Source: Oligoflexia bacterium (GTDB lineage: Bacteria > Bdellovibrionota > UBA1018). From it: a DNA stretch of 64,000 nt. A program made the position numbers and the translations under genes. How positions within the stretch are numbered: the first letter of the stretch is position 1; each line of letters starts with the position of its first letter. Below the pieces are notes generated by a model that did no database searches, was not told the DNA's origin, and saw only the letters and a list, made by a program, of their open reading frames with translations. This document shows positions 11,478 through 22,587 of this stretch, one piece after another. Location of the stretch: the NCBI GenBank assembly GCA_963758495.1, contig CAVWVI010000003.1, positions 896,001 through 960,000 of the forward strand. Direction: 5' to 3'.

Positions 11478-11751
11478 CTACATAAATTATATTTATGTAA
11501 AGTATTTATTTTAAATATACAAATAACACCGAATCGGTTTTGAAAAAGACGAAATACAGAATGCGCACCGCAGCTCATCTATAAAGCAATGACTCAAAAT
11601 CTAATTGAGCTTTTTCTTAAGCATTTGACTTGCTTGATTCATTTTACAGCTAACAGCCCTTTACTATCATGTACTTATAACTACTCATAAAGTTTATGTG
11701 GATATTTTCCGTACACAATGATATCTTTTAATTAAAGGATGAATAAAAACT

Positions 11752-12039
11752 ATGGCCCGCCCTGCAGCATCAAAACAAAGAATGGATCGAATTGATATTC
11801 GCACTGAAGCGGAGACCAAACGCACTCTTCAACGTGCAGCTGACTTAAAGGGAACTGATTTGTCGAAGTTCATGATTTCACTGGCTTTTACTCACGCAAA
11901 ACAGATCCTCGATGAACACGAAAAAACAACCCTAACTGATCTAGATCGTAAATTGTTCTTTGCAGCCTTAGAAAATCCAAAGGGTCCAAATGAGGCATTA
12001 AAAAAAGCCGCGACTCGTTACAAACAACTTTTCAAATAG
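11752..12039 (+). CDS. DUF1778 (TacA/AtaR-type RHH) antitoxin
   Basis: RIDIR...LQRAADLKG.DLSKFM...L...DR..FF.ALENP.GPNEALKKA. Confidence 0.9.
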   Translation: MARPAASKQRMDRIDIRTEAETKRTLQRAADLKGTDLSKFMISLAFTHAKQILDEHEKTTLTDLDRKLFFAALENPKGPNEALKKAATRYKQLFK

Positions 12040-12042
12040 ACC

Positions 12043-12633
12043 ATGCCTCACGCAAAACAAATTGATGGTCGTGTCCGCAGAGAATTTGTCCCATTATCTA
12101 AGAAATTTGATCATGATTCATTTGACTGCGGTGTTCCTGAACTGAACGATTTTTTAAAAACAAAGGCAACTCAGTACGCAAAAAGAAAGATCGCACAAAC
12201 ATTTGTAGCTTACCCAATCGATGAACCAAAACAAATTGATGGATATTTTTCGATCAGTATGAACACCATTGATTGTGGTGAGCTACCAAAAAATTTAAAA
12301 ATAAAATACCCAAGACATCCTCTCCCTGCAGCTCTTATTGGCCGATTAGCTGTATCAATTCGGTGCCAAAAACAGGGACTAGGAGAACTTTTATTGCTCT
12401 ATGCACTCGATCGCATTGTCCAATTATCCGAGCAAGTAGGATGCGCAGCAATCCTAGTTGATGCAAAGAACGAATCTGCAATTACATTCTATCGAAAGTA
12501 TGGATTTTTTCAGCTGGTGAGTAATTCAAATAAATTATTTCTACCAATCAATGATGCCCAGGAACTTTTCGAATCTTTCGATTTTCCAGACGTGGAAGAT
12601 TTACCCCTACAAATACGTGACTCATTTGATTGA
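12043..12633 (+). CDS. GNAT acetyltransferase toxin (TacT/AtaT type)
   Basis: FDCGVPELNDFL, PAALIGRLAV, QKQGLGE, VDAKNESAITFYRKYGF; 3 nt after antitoxin. Confidence 0.9.
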   Translation: MPHAKQIDGRVRREFVPLSKKFDHDSFDCGVPELNDFLKTKATQYAKRKIAQTFVAYPIDEPKQIDGYFSISMNTIDCGELPKNLKIKYPRHPLPAALIGRLAVSIRCQKQGLGELLLLYALDRIVQLSEQVGCAAILVDAKNESAITFYRKYGFFQLVSNSNKLFLPINDAQELFESFDFPDVEDLPLQIRDSFD

Positions 12634-12754
12634 CAAGAGGTCTCAACTTACGAGAATTACTCTCAACCATCGAACAAAAGCAAATCACCTCAATCACGAA
12701 TTTCTTGAAATTAAGAATTATTCTTGCTACTTCCCCAGCCTGGGGGTCGAATTT

Positions 12755-13447
12755 ATGCAAAATATCACCAAAAAGTGCACCTTCCTTTTAACCTTACTCT
12801 CTTGCTGTTGTCCTTCTTGGATTTATGCTTCCATCTCCACCTGGGAAAAAACTGGACAACAAGACGGGGTCACGACCTACCGTCAAGAAATACTAGGAAG
12901 CCCTGTGGTGGCATTTCGAGGCGAAGGAATTATTTCTGCACCTATTGAAAAAGTAGCGAGTGTATTACTTGATACACCGAGAGCTACAGAATGGGTAAGC
13001 GATCTAGCAGAAGCAAAGGTTATTGCATGGAAGTCCAAGGATTCTTTTATTGAATATGACCATCTGAAAACACCTCCTCTCATCATGAAAGACCGAGAGT
13101 TTGTTTCTCTTGTAAAGATGGAGATCAATCAAAAGGAAAAACAAATCATTTTCCGATACAAATCTCTTCAAGACTCCTCTGTTGTGCCTGAAACAAGCAA
13201 TATTCGAGGAGAATTATTAAATTCGACATTTACTTTAACTTCCTTAAAAAATGGCACCCAGACCAAGGTAGCAGGCGAAATTCATTGCGACCCTAAAGGC
13301 TCTGTCCCAAAATGGCTCGTGAACTGGTTCCAAGAACAATGGCCAGTAAACACTCTCAAAAACCTTCGCAAGCAAGTTTCAAAAGCTGACATCAAAGCAA
13401 ATCCAATGATCACTGCTCTTTTGACCGAAAAAAAAGATAAACGGTGA
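12755..13447 (+). CDS. Secreted START-domain lipid-binding protein
   Basis: Signal-like N-terminus from ATG 12755; DREFV, DPKGSVPKWLVN motif. Confidence 0.85.
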   Translation: MQNITKKCTFLLTLLSCCCPSWIYASISTWEKTGQQDGVTTYRQEILGSPVVAFRGEGIISAPIEKVASVLLDTPRATEWVSDLAEAKVIAWKSKDSFIEYDHLKTPPLIMKDREFVSLVKMEINQKEKQIIFRYKSLQDSSVVPETSNIRGELLNSTFTLTSLKNGTQTKVAGEIHCDPKGSVPKWLVNWFQEQWPVNTLKNLRKQVSKADIKANPMITALLTEKKDKR

Positions 13448-13476
13448 GCGTTATTAAGTAGATTGCAAAAAATTCT

Positions 13477-13866
13477 TTGAAAAGTGGATGGAATATTCTT
13501 TTTTTGGGGAAACAAATGATTAGATCTGATTTCAAAACTAATCTTACCTACTTTGTTATAGGTGCCATGCTTTTGACTCCAGTAGCTTGGGCCGATAAAA
13601 ACCTAATCTTGAATGAGGTTTCTATCACCTTTAGGAAAAATAAATATGGTGACACCTATGTCACCTTCCCATTTAAGGTCAGCCGCGACAACTCGGTACC
13701 ATTTCTCCCAGGAGTTGTACCAAGGTATGAGACAAAACCGAAGGTTCGTTTCAACTGTGGAGAAAATTTTGAATTTTTCATTAGAAACAAAAGTCTTCCT
13801 TTTTTTCGAAGTCCTTCAAAAAAGGGCCTGATTATCGCAAGAGGCACAGATCTAGATCGTTCTTAG
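13477..13866 (+). CDS. Hypothetical secreted protein, possibly a fragment (start may be the internal Met)
   Basis: Hydrophobic stretch ending AWA. Confidence 0.4.
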   Translation: MKSGWNILFLGKQMIRSDFKTNLTYFVIGAMLLTPVAWADKNLILNEVSITFRKNKYGDTYVTFPFKVSRDNSVPFLPGVVPRYETKPKVRFNCGENFEFFIRNKSLPFFRSPSKKGLIIARGTDLDRS

Positions 13867-14031
13867 CGAGAATTAATGGAATTTCAATTTTCCAATCTTT
13901 TCATCTGCTAAAAGTGCTACAAGTTGCTCAATGGGCACAAATTTATTATCGGCGACAATGTTGATTTAATCAACACAGTAAAATATGAATATTTTTAATA
14001 AGTTATATTATTATATATCTCTGATGGTCAT

Positions 14032-14081
14032 ATATATGTCGATTTATTGCATTGACACTGCAATAAATCGACATATATCCT
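14032..14081 (+). promoter_or_regulatory. Perfect 20-bp inverted repeat enclosing a TTGACA -35 box, with TATCCT -10 box
   Basis: ATATATGTCGATTTATTGCA-ttgacac-TGCAATAAATCGACATATAT; -10 ends 7 nt before ATG 14088. Confidence 0.8.
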
Positions 14082-14087
14082 TAACTA

Positions 14088-15212
14088 ATGCCACATATCA
14101 GACACCGCCTGATCGAACCGTTGCTCCTTAAAAAAATTAAACTTTGGCCCGTTGTCTCCGTACTAGGTCCACGTCAATGCGGAAAAACCACTCTCCTGAA
14201 TTCTCTTCTGTTTCAGCCTAATCAATTTTCTTTTCTCAGTTTTGATAAAGCCGCAAATCGGACAGAAGCTCAGCGATCTCCTGAGCTTTTTTTAAAACAG
14301 TTTGAGAAGTTCCCCGTGGTTCTCGATGAAGCTGCTAAAGTTCCTGCATTATTTGATGAGATTAAAGCCATAATTGATAGCAAGCGCATACCAGGAAGAT
14401 TCATCTTAACGGGCAGTGTGAATTTTTCAAAAAAAATCGGTATTCGAGAATCTCTCACAGGGCGAACTTCCATCGTCCGAATGGGACCTTTATTGCTTCA
14501 GGAAACGCTCCAGCCGAACGAGACGATTCAACTTTCTGAAATCCAAAGATACCTGGAGAAAGGCGGTATGCCTGGTGTCTGTTTTCTTCGAGATCCATCC
14601 GAACGACAGGACTATTGGGAAAGCTGGCTAGATACCACTTGTGAGCGGGATATTAAGGTTTTTTCGAAAGGAAGATTAAGTGGAGATCTCGCTCGACAGA
14701 TCGTGCAGCTGACTGCCGAATTAGAGTTCCCCAATGTGAGTGAGATTGCTCGGACCTTGAATCAGGATTCTAGACGAATCAATACTCACCTAGAAGCGCT
14801 CGAAGAGCTTTTTGTGATTAGGAAACTAAATCCCCATCCCTCTGGCGTTGGAAAAACTCTTTATTTTCCATTTGACTGTGGCCTGGCTTCCTATCTTCAA
14901 GCATCAATGAGACGTCGTTGGCAAATTTGGTGGCTTATTCAAAACATCAATCAAGCTCTTTTTTCTGGAATCAGGATGGAGCCACCTACCTATTATTTAA
15001 CCAGTCGGGGGTCTTTGATTGATTTTATATCAAATAAACAGGGTTTTCTATTTACGGATCTCCCTTCGGCAGGACGAAGGGAAACTATGACTTTAAGGGC
15101 AGCTAAAAAAGCCTTGCCAAATCACAAGCTACTCCTAATGGTAGCTACAGACTCGGAAGGCTTTCAAAACCCTGACTACAACAGCACTCCTTGGCGATCG
15201 GTTGTTAGCTAA
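14088..15212 (+). CDS. AAA+ ATPase of the AAA_14/DUF4143 family
   Basis: GPRQCGKTT, VVLDEA, FILTGS, ESLTGR, GGMP, YFPFDCGL. Confidence 0.85.
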   Translation: MPHIRHRLIEPLLLKKIKLWPVVSVLGPRQCGKTTLLNSLLFQPNQFSFLSFDKAANRTEAQRSPELFLKQFEKFPVVLDEAAKVPALFDEIKAIIDSKRIPGRFILTGSVNFSKKIGIRESLTGRTSIVRMGPLLLQETLQPNETIQLSEIQRYLEKGGMPGVCFLRDPSERQDYWESWLDTTCERDIKVFSKGRLSGDLARQIVQLTAELEFPNVSEIARTLNQDSRRINTHLEALEELFVIRKLNPHPSGVGKTLYFPFDCGLASYLQASMRRRWQIWWLIQNINQALFSGIRMEPPTYYLTSRGSLIDFISNKQGFLFTDLPSAGRRETMTLRAAKKALPNHKLLLMVATDSEGFQNPDYNSTPWRSVVS

Positions 15213-15251
15213 ATTTTCAAATGAATCCTACGATTGACAAGTATTACAGAG

Positions 15252-15434
15252 TTACCCTCCTGCCTTACCAATAGCTCCATTTCTTTTACTCACATCGCCT
15301 GGGACCAAGTTACCTGGATTATTATTTCGCCAAGCACGGTCCCCCTTTAAAAAATAAACAGTTCTCCCATCTTCAGCTTCATAAATGACTGAATTATTTG
15401 AACCAGGAGTCGCTTTGATAAATTTATTATTCAT
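15252..15434 (-). pseudogene. Truncated lysozyme-like/peptidoglycan hydrolase fragment
   Basis: AWRNNNPGNL motif typical of phage virion-associated and effector muramidases; ORF ends at 60 aa. Confidence 0.5.
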
Positions 15435-15634
15435 TTTATAATTTCTTTAAGTTAATCAACCCAAATCAAGACCCTTGAGTGGTGATGCCCTGTCCAACGA
15501 TGAAAAAGATGTCCTTTCAATTGTACTTTCTTTTTTCCATTCGTAGCGCTCCTAATTACCGAAACGGCAACTGGAACCGAAACTATCCCTTAACTCGAAC
15601 TTAGGTTAATATATTCTATTTAAATAAATGCAAA

Positions 15635-18256
15635 TCAGTGCTTAATCGCCACGCCCGTGGTCTCTTGAGCAGGCTCTTCGCGAACCAATTCTACAGGCGG
15701 ACTTAGCGGTGAAATCGCTAGATCTCCCACACCCTTGCGCATTAAAAACTCTTCAGGATGTTCAAGCTCCAAAGCGAGTCTAAGAACCTGGTCGGCATGT
15801 TCTACTGGAACGATTTGCATGCCTTTTGTAATTTCCTTAGGAATTTTCTTAATATCAGGAATATTTCCTTTTGGAATCAGAACTGTTTTAATGTTCCCAA
15901 TTTTTGCAGCCAGCAACTTTTCCTTCAATCCACCAATGGGAAGAACCCGGCCACGCAAGGTAATTTCTCCAGTCATTGCGACGTCCCGCTTCACTGGAAC
16001 TCTAATCAGTGCACTCGTAATCGCTGTAGCCATAGTAATTCCAGCTGACGGACCATCCTTAGGAACTGCACCTTCTGGCACATGGAGGTGAATATCAATA
16101 CTTTGATAGAAGTCTTTATCTAAGTTTAAAAGAGACGCACGTGAACGTACGTAGCTCATGGCTGTTGCAGCAGACTCTTGCATCACCTCACCGAGTTTGC
16201 CAGTAATCTTCACCTGACCTTTACCCGGTACGACACTCACTTCTATTTGAAGGAGATCACCACCCGCCTCTGTATAAGCGAGTCCGTTTGTAAGGCCAAT
16301 TTCATTGTGTTCTTCAGCCATATTCACGGTGTATTTTGGAGGCCCAAGCATCTCCTCAAGATCTTTTTCCGAAATAGTCAGTGCGGCCTGAGTCGGCTCC
16401 TCTTTCGGTGGAGAAATCGTCAAAGTACCTGTTGTAGCTGTTTTTGCTAATGCGTTTTTTGTTTTAGACTTCAATACCGGCGCAACATCTGAAGCAAGGG
16501 TGGCCGCCCCTTCAAGTCCTTGCTGATGTCCACTTCTCTTTTCCACGATCTTCTTCGCAGTTTTACGACAAACCGTAGCCACTAATCTCTCTAAGCTTCT
16601 TACCCCTGCTTCTCGGGTGTAATTCCGAATCATCGAATAGACGGCCTCATCGGTAATTTGCACATCTCCTGAGAATAAACCATGAGCTTCCATCTGCTTA
16701 CTGATTAAATATTTGCGTACAATATTGAATTTTTCGATCTCAGTATAGCCGGAAATCGTAATCACTTCCATTCGATCCAACAGCGGCTTCGGGATCGTAT
16801 AAAGCGAATTTGCAGTCAGGATAAACATCACTTTAGAAAGATCGTAGTCGACCTCTAAATAATGATCACCAAAAGCGACATTTTGCTCGGGGTCGAGTAC
16901 TTCCAACAAAGCTGAAGAGGGATCTCCTCTAAAGTCCATGCTCATTTTATCGACTTCATCCAATAGAAAGACAGGATTGGATGTCCCAGCCTTTTTTAAA
17001 GATTGAACAATCTTGCCCGGCAATGCGCCGACATAGGTCCTTCGATGCCCTCGGATTTCCGCTTCGTCTCGAACACCACCGAGAGAACATCGCACGAACT
17101 TCTTATTGAGAGACTTGGCAATTGATTTAGCAAGAGAGGTCTTACCTACCCCTGGAGGTCCTGCAAAACAGAGAATCTGACCTTTGGAATTATTGGTCAG
17201 AACCCGAACTGCCAAATACTCTAAAATTCTCTCTTTTACTTCTTCTAATCCGTAATGATCTTCTTCCAGGACTTCTTCGGCAGCCTTCACATCATTTCTG
17301 TCCTGACTATACTCCGCCCACGGCAAGCACATCAACCAATCGATATAGTTTCGCACTACGGTTGCCTCTGCTGACATGGGTGACATCATCTTCAGCTTTT
17401 TTAGCTCGCGAGTGCACTTTTCTTTAGCCTCTTTGCTCATCGGCTTAGAGCGAATTTGCTTTTCAATGGCTTGAAGTTCAGCTTTAAATTCGTCTTTCTC
17501 GCCCAATTCCTTTTGGATGGCTTGCATCTGTTCGTTTAAATAGTACTCTTTTTGAGAGCGTTCCATCTGCTTCTTCACACGAGAACGGATACGACGCTCC
17601 ACTTGAAGGATTTCAATCTCACCCTGCATCAGCTGAAGCAATTTTTCTAACCGCTTGGAGGGATCTTGGACTTCTAAAATTTCTTGTTTATCTTCTAATT
17701 TCAAATTCAAATGAGCCACAATCAAATCAGCCAATCGCGAAGGATCTTCGATTGTATTCACACTCATCAACATTTCAGGGGGAATACGCTTGTTCAGCTT
17801 GACGTAGTTTTCAAAGGTGGATTTAAGTGAGCGCACTAATGCTTCGAGCTCTACAGTACTTTCAATCACATCGGCTAATTCTTCAACCTCGGCCTCAATC
17901 ATTCGATCAGTTTCATAATACCCTGTGATGCGAGCGCGCTTTTTTCCTTCGATTAAAACTTTAACGGTATTGTCTGGTAAGCGAAGAATTTGTAAAATGG
18001 TACCGAGTGTTCCTACTGAGAAAATATCACTCTCTCCTGGACTCACAGTAGTCGCTTGGCGTTGGGCTACTAAAAACAAATCCAGCTTTTTATTAACACA
18101 CTCCTCTAATGCGTTAATTGACTTCTCTCTTCCTACGAACAGGGGCACGACCATATGAGGGAAAATAATGACATCCCTGAGTGGCAACAACGGAACCTTC
18201 ACTTTAATCGACTTCTTGTCTCTTTCATTTTTTGATTCGCTTTTTGAGTTGCTCAT
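15635..18256 (-). CDS. lon: ATP-dependent protease Lon
   Basis: LPLRD N-domain, [23 protein letters not shown]. Confidence 0.98.
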   Translation of the reverse strand: MSNSKSESKNERDKKSIKVKVPLLPLRDVIIFPHMVVPLFVGREKSINALEECVNKKLDLFLVAQRQATTVSPGESDIFSVGTLGTILQILRLPDNTVKVLIEGKKRARITGYYETDRMIEAEVEELADVIESTVELEALVRSLKSTFENYVKLNKRIPPEMLMSVNTIEDPSRLADLIVAHLNLKLEDKQEILEVQDPSKRLEKLLQLMQGEIEILQVERRIRSRVKKQMERSQKEYYLNEQMQAIQKELGEKDEFKAELQAIEKQIRSKPMSKEAKEKCTRELKKLKMMSPMSAEATVVRNYIDWLMCLPWAEYSQDRNDVKAAEEVLEEDHYGLEEVKERILEYLAVRVLTNNSKGQILCFAGPPGVGKTSLAKSIAKSLNKKFVRCSLGGVRDEAEIRGHRRTYVGALPGKIVQSLKKAGTSNPVFLLDEVDKMSMDFRGDPSSALLEVLDPEQNVAFGDHYLEVDYDLSKVMFILTANSLYTIPKPLLDRMEVITISGYTEIEKFNIVRKYLISKQMEAHGLFSGDVQITDEAVYSMIRNYTREAGVRSLERLVATVCRKTAKKIVEKRSGHQQGLEGAATLASDVAPVLKSKTKNALAKTATTGTLTISPPKEEPTQAALTISEKDLEEMLGPPKYTVNMAEEHNEIGLTNGLAYTEAGGDLLQIEVSVVPGKGQVKITGKLGEVMQESAATAMSYVRSRASLLNLDKDFYQSIDIHLHVPEGAVPKDGPSAGITMATAITSALIRVPVKRDVAMTGEITLRGRVLPIGGLKEKLLAAKIGNIKTVLIPKGNIPDIKKIPKEITKGMQIVPVEHADQVLRLALELEHPEEFLMRKGVGDLAISPLSPPVELVREEPAQETTGVAIKH

Positions 18257-18505
18257 TGATTTTCCTCTCCTTGTTTAACTACAGCACATACGGACAGAGG
18301 TTGCAAACTTCAGGTATTTTTTGCCGCGAGAAATTTCACATATTTTTCAATACTTAGCGTATTTATAAAAACTTTATGAACTGGAATTTTGCAATCCTCA
18401 TTAACGCATAGAGATGTAGCTGACTCAAAGAGTCTGCCATATGCCCACAAGGCTCTCTATCTTTACCCTGATCTTCAAAATAGGGGCCGCAAACTCACTT
18501 ATAAA

Positions 18506-19819
18506 TCAAGCACTCTCAGCTTTTGTCGAAGGTGTCGCAGGAGTATTTGCGGCTTCTGTTCCATCCTCTAGCATCATCAACGGACGTTCACCCTTTAATA
18601 CTACGCTCTTCGTCACGATACACTTCTTGATATGAGCTTTAGCTGGGAGATCATACATAACTTCTAACATGGATTGCTCAAGAATAGCTCGAAGTCCCCG
18701 TGCGCCGGTGTTTCTCTTGATCGCTTCTTTTGCTACTGCCTCGAGTGCATCTTCTTCAAACTCCAAAGCAACGTCATCATACTCAAACAATTTAGCATAC
18801 TGTTTGGTCAATGCATTTTTAGGTTGAGTGAGAATCTCGATCAATGCCTTTTCATCCAACTCTTCGAGAGTGGCGATTACTGGCAAACGACCTATGAATT
18901 CGGGAATCAATCCAAATTTAATCAGGTCTTCTGGCTCTACCTGTGACAAAAGCTTGGAAACATTCTCATCCTTCTTGGATGTGATATTTGCTTGGAGACC
19001 TAGACTTCTTTTGCCCTTACGCATCCCCACAATTTTATCGACTCCAACAAATGCCCCGCCGCAAATGAAGAGAATATTAGACGTATCCACCTGTACAAAT
19101 TCCTGTTGAGGATGTTTTCGTCCACCTTTAGGCGGTACGTTTGCAATAGTGCCTTCAATGATTTTTAGGAGCGCTTGCTGTACACCCTCACCACTCACAT
19201 CTCGAGTGATGGAAGGATTTTCACTTTTACGCGAAATCTTATCAACTTCATCAATATAGACGATCCCTTTTTGCGCACGTTCCACGTTGTTGTCACAATT
19301 TTGAAGAAGGTTCAAAATGATATTTTCAACATCTTCACCTACGTAACCGGCCTCAGTTAAAGTAGTTGCATCTGCCATGGCAAAAGGGACATTCAATAAT
19401 TTAGCAAGTGTCTGGGCCAATAACGTCTTTCCAGATCCTGTCGGACCAATCAGTAAGATATTGCTCTTTTGAAGCTCAATTCCATCTTTACCGTCCTTGC
19501 CCTTCTTTTCCCCTTGATGCTGGATTCTCTTATAATGATTATAAACTGCAACGGAAAGTACTCGTTTTGCACGCTCCTGTCCGATCACGTATTGATCTAA
19601 AATGTTCTTAATTTCAGAGGGTTTGGGTATAGTCTGCGAAGATCGAGAAGGCGATTCTTTCTGACCTTCCTCTGCAATGATATCATTACATAGCTCAATA
19701 CATTCGTCACAAATATAAACCGTGGGCCCTGCGATCAGTTTTTTTACTTCTCTCTGGTTTTTGCCACAAAATGAACAACACAGATTTCCGAAACCGTCGC
19801 CGTATTTTTTTCCGTCCAT
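18506..19819 (-). CDS. clpX: ATP-dependent Clp protease ATP-binding subunit ClpX
   Basis: CSFCGK...ICDEC zinc finger, [20 protein letters not shown]. Confidence 0.98.
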   Translation of the reverse strand: MDGKKYGDGFGNLCCSFCGKNQREVKKLIAGPTVYICDECIELCNDIIAEEGQKESPSRSSQTIPKPSEIKNILDQYVIGQERAKRVLSVAVYNHYKRIQHQGEKKGKDGKDGIELQKSNILLIGPTGSGKTLLAQTLAKLLNVPFAMADATTLTEAGYVGEDVENIILNLLQNCDNNVERAQKGIVYIDEVDKISRKSENPSITRDVSGEGVQQALLKIIEGTIANVPPKGGRKHPQQEFVQVDTSNILFICGGAFVGVDKIVGMRKGKRSLGLQANITSKKDENVSKLLSQVEPEDLIKFGLIPEFIGRLPVIATLEELDEKALIEILTQPKNALTKQYAKLFEYDDVALEFEEDALEAVAKEAIKRNTGARGLRAILEQSMLEVMYDLPAKAHIKKCIVTKSVVLKGERPLMMLEDGTEAANTPATPSTKAESA

Positions 19820-19842
19820 AGTCTTTCCTTAGAAATATTGGG

Positions 19843-20523
19843 TTAAATGATTCCCCGTTTTTCAACTACTTTATCAATCAGACCGTATTCTACGGCCTCT
19901 TTACCAGATAAATAATTATCACGATCCGTATCTTTTTTGACCTGCTCGACTGTCCTACCTGCATGGAGGGCTATAATAGCGTTGAGTCGATCCTTCAAAA
20001 ATAAAATCTCTCTTGCTTGAATTTCTATATCAGAAGCTTGGCCCTTTGCGCCACCTAAAGGCTGGTGAATCATAATGCGACTATGAGGTAAACTAAACCG
20101 TTTGCCCGCCGCTCCTGCTGTTAAAAGTAATGCGCCCATACTTGCGGCCATACCAATACAATAGGTGCAGACATCAGACTTAATGAATTGCATCACATCA
20201 TAAATTCCTAATCCTGCGTAGACTGATCCTCCAGGCGAATTAATATAAAGGTGAATATCTTTATCGGGATCAGACGACTCCAAAAAAAACATCTGCGCTA
20301 CTAATAAATTCGTAACAGTGTCATTCACTTCGGTTCCAAGAAAAATGATTCGATCGAGCAAAAGGCGTGAATAGATATCATATTGTCTTTCTCCTCGAGG
20401 AGTCTGCTCAATCACTATCGGATTAGGGATATAGTTGGATTGAGGACCGTCCAAATCAAACCCTACTAAATCTGGGCGAATTAAACTTGAAGGCACTGTT
20501 CTTTGGGCAGATCGTATTAACAT
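19843..20523 (-). CDS. clpP: Clp protease proteolytic subunit
   Basis: DIYSRLL, INSPGG, AASMG, MIHQP, DRD. Confidence 0.97.
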   Translation of the reverse strand: MLIRSAQRTVPSSLIRPDLVGFDLDGPQSNYIPNPIVIEQTPRGERQYDIYSRLLLDRIIFLGTEVNDTVTNLLVAQMFFLESSDPDKDIHLYINSPGGSVYAGLGIYDVMQFIKSDVCTYCIGMAASMGALLLTAGAAGKRFSLPHSRIMIHQPLGGAKGQASDIEIQAREILFLKDRLNAIIALHAGRTVEQVKKDTDRDNYLSGKEAVEYGLIDKVVEKRGII

Positions 20524-20544
20524 ATGATGAACCTCCCGATTCGA

Positions 20545-20560
20545 TGCTTACCTATTGCCA
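20545..20560 (-). promoter_or_regulatory. Possible sigma54 promoter of clpP-clpX (TGGCAA-N5-AAGCA)
   Basis: GG-N10-GC spacing upstream of GGAGG RBS; imperfect -12. Confidence 0.35.
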
Positions 20561-20684
20561 GTATACATACATGAAACAAATGTTGCTCTGAGCCAATCAA
20601 AAATTTTTTGCAATTTAACATAGAAGATGATTTCAAAAGGAAATAAAGATGCGAAGCGGCTCAATTAAATAGGATTTTTAGCTT

Positions 20685-20933
20685 TTACTCAAAATCTTCA
20701 CTCTTCTCAGCCACTAAATCAGCTTGGATCGATTCTAAATAGGTAAGCATTGCCGCTCTCAACTGATCTAGTGTTACATCCTTTTGCGAATCTTGGCCAG
20801 ACTGCTCTAGAATTTGATCTAATTCGGGGCGAATCCATCCCTCCGGTAATCCGGTAAGCGAGACGAGCTGTTGAATTAACCCTTGATCATCCGGTTCCAC
20901 CTCTGTATCGGAGACTTCCATTTCTCCCTCCAA
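20685..20933 (-). CDS. Small acidic hypothetical protein
   Basis: TGLPEGWI...TLDQLRAAMLTYL helical ORF, co-oriented with neighbours. Confidence 0.65.
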   Translation of the reverse strand: MEGEMEVSDTEVEPDDQGLIQQLVSLTGLPEGWIRPELDQILEQSGQDSQKDVTLDQLRAAMLTYLESIQADLVAEKSEDFE

Positions 20934-20977
20934 GGGTCAAGTATAGAAAGGTCTAATTCTTAACAGCAAGCTTATTT

Positions 20978-21946
20978 TCAAGCGATCGACCGTTTTTTAA
21001 GCTGCACTGAATTAGGAATGATCACTGCTAGAAAAATTAAACAACCCCCAAAATTTTGCCAAGAGGTCAATCTGTCACCTAAAAATAAATACCCCCCTAT
21101 AGCCCCCATTAATGGCTGCAAAAAAAGTAATAACGCCATACTCATCACAGGCAATTCTTTAAGTGCATGTAACCAATAAATATAACAGCCCGTGGTACCT
21201 ACGGGACCCAGCCAAAAAACAGCTACGAGTGCCTTCCAAGAAATTCGATGGAAATCCCTAAAATCAACTAAATTCACGGCTGTCGAAGGGACTAAGGTCA
21301 GGACTAAAGCAAAGCATAAAGTAAGAAAGACGAATCCAGTAGTCAATACGGTTCCAAAAATGGCTAAAGGGGAATATTTCGAAGAAATCTTTTTACCTAC
21401 AATGGAAAAAACTGACTCACCCACTAAAGACAAAAGGATAAGGAGATTTCCCATTAAGTGATATTGAGGATCTCGCACTAAATGATTCGGGCCTAACCCT
21501 GCAAGACATGCAAAACCCATGAGAGCGAATAAGAATCCTAAAAGCTGAAGAGAACTCACCTTCTCACGGAGAACCAACCACGCTAAAAAGGCTGTCATCA
21601 GAGGTTCAATTGCTATAATGATCGCATTTTCGCTTGCAAGGGATCCCGATAGCCCAACCATTTGAAATAAAGGAGAGAAACAAAAGGCCATGAAGCCCAT
21701 AAGAAAAATCAAGAATTTGTCTTGATTCGATTTCGGAATCAGAAAAAAGGACGACCACTTCGTTTGGAATCCTCGCCGTATACACATCACACCCGCAAAG
21801 ATGAAATAGGCACACACGGCACTTGCATACCGAATCCACGCTGACTGCACTGAATTCAAGTCAACAAGAAGCCATTTCCCCATAACGGGGTGTACTGACC
21901 AAATCAGGTTACACAAAATGAGGCCCATGAGTCTATTCATCTGCAC
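20978..21946 (-). CDS. DMT/EamA family transporter
   Basis: About 10 TM helices in two repeats, LAWLVLREK and LFLGDRL motifs. Confidence 0.9.
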   Translation of the reverse strand: MQMNRLMGLILCNLIWSVHPVMGKWLLVDLNSVQSAWIRYASAVCAYFIFAGVMCIRRGFQTKWSSFFLIPKSNQDKFLIFLMGFMAFCFSPLFQMVGLSGSLASENAIIIAIEPLMTAFLAWLVLREKVSSLQLLGFLFALMGFACLAGLGPNHLVRDPQYHLMGNLLILLSLVGESVFSIVGKKISSKYSPLAIFGTVLTTGFVFLTLCFALVLTLVPSTAVNLVDFRDFHRISWKALVAVFWLGPVGTTGCYIYWLHALKELPVMSMALLLFLQPLMGAIGGYLFLGDRLTSWQNFGGCLIFLAVIIPNSVQLKKRSIA

Positions 21947-22017
21947 TATTGATCCACCTTCTTGCCACCTTCTTGAACGACCCTAGTCATTTGGTTAGGA
22001 TTCATTTATAATTAAGT

Positions 22018-22542
22018 ATGCCATCATCATCAATTCAATCTTCAATTCAATCTTCTCTTCCAGGAAAATCGCCTAGTGAATCCACTGTCACTATGACTGA
22101 ACTCGTGCTCCCGACTGATACCAATGCACTTGGAACCATCTTCGGTGGTAAAGTGATGAGTTGGATTGACATTGCAGGTGCAATTGCAGCAGGCAGACAC
22201 GCGAGAAAAGTCGTAGTCACCGCTTCTATTGACGCCCTCAATTTCGTCGCGCCGGTAAAAGTAGGATATGTAGTTCAGATCAAAGCGATTGTTAACTTTG
22301 CCTCTCGCACCTCCATGGAGGTTGGAGTTCGCGTTGAGGCTGAAAACCCCCTTACTGGAGAAATAACTCATACTGCAACTGCCTATACTACTTTTGTGGC
22401 CTTAGACCAAAATGGACGACCCACTCCAATTCCGTCTATTATCCCTCAGTCACCCGATGAAAAAAGACGCTTTGAAGAAGCGAAAAAGAGACGCGAATCA
22501 AGAATCGCTCTTGCCAAGAATCTGAAGTCTTCATCATCATGA
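22018..22542 (+). CDS. Acyl-CoA thioesterase (hotdog, YciA-like)
   Basis: DTNALGTIFGGKVMSWID, RTSMEVGV, TFVALD. Confidence 0.93.
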   Translation: MPSSSIQSSIQSSLPGKSPSESTVTMTELVLPTDTNALGTIFGGKVMSWIDIAGAIAAGRHARKVVVTASIDALNFVAPVKVGYVVQIKAIVNFASRTSMEVGVRVEAENPLTGEITHTATAYTTFVALDQNGRPTPIPSIIPQSPDEKRRFEEAKKRRESRIALAKNLKSSSS

Positions 22543-22587
22543 TAGGAAGAGACGGATTTGGGAAACTGATAAGTCTACCCACCTCCA

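Noticed and set aside
12551..12754. 68-aa N-terminal extension of the START protein
   Set aside because: It overlaps the GNAT gene; ATG 12755 gives a signal-peptide-like start.
10300..15260. Integron-like cassette array (GTTAGCT at the ends of 10312..10821 and 14088..15212)
   Set aside because: No attC-like palindromes with matching inverse cores were found, gene orientations are mixed, and there is no integrase.
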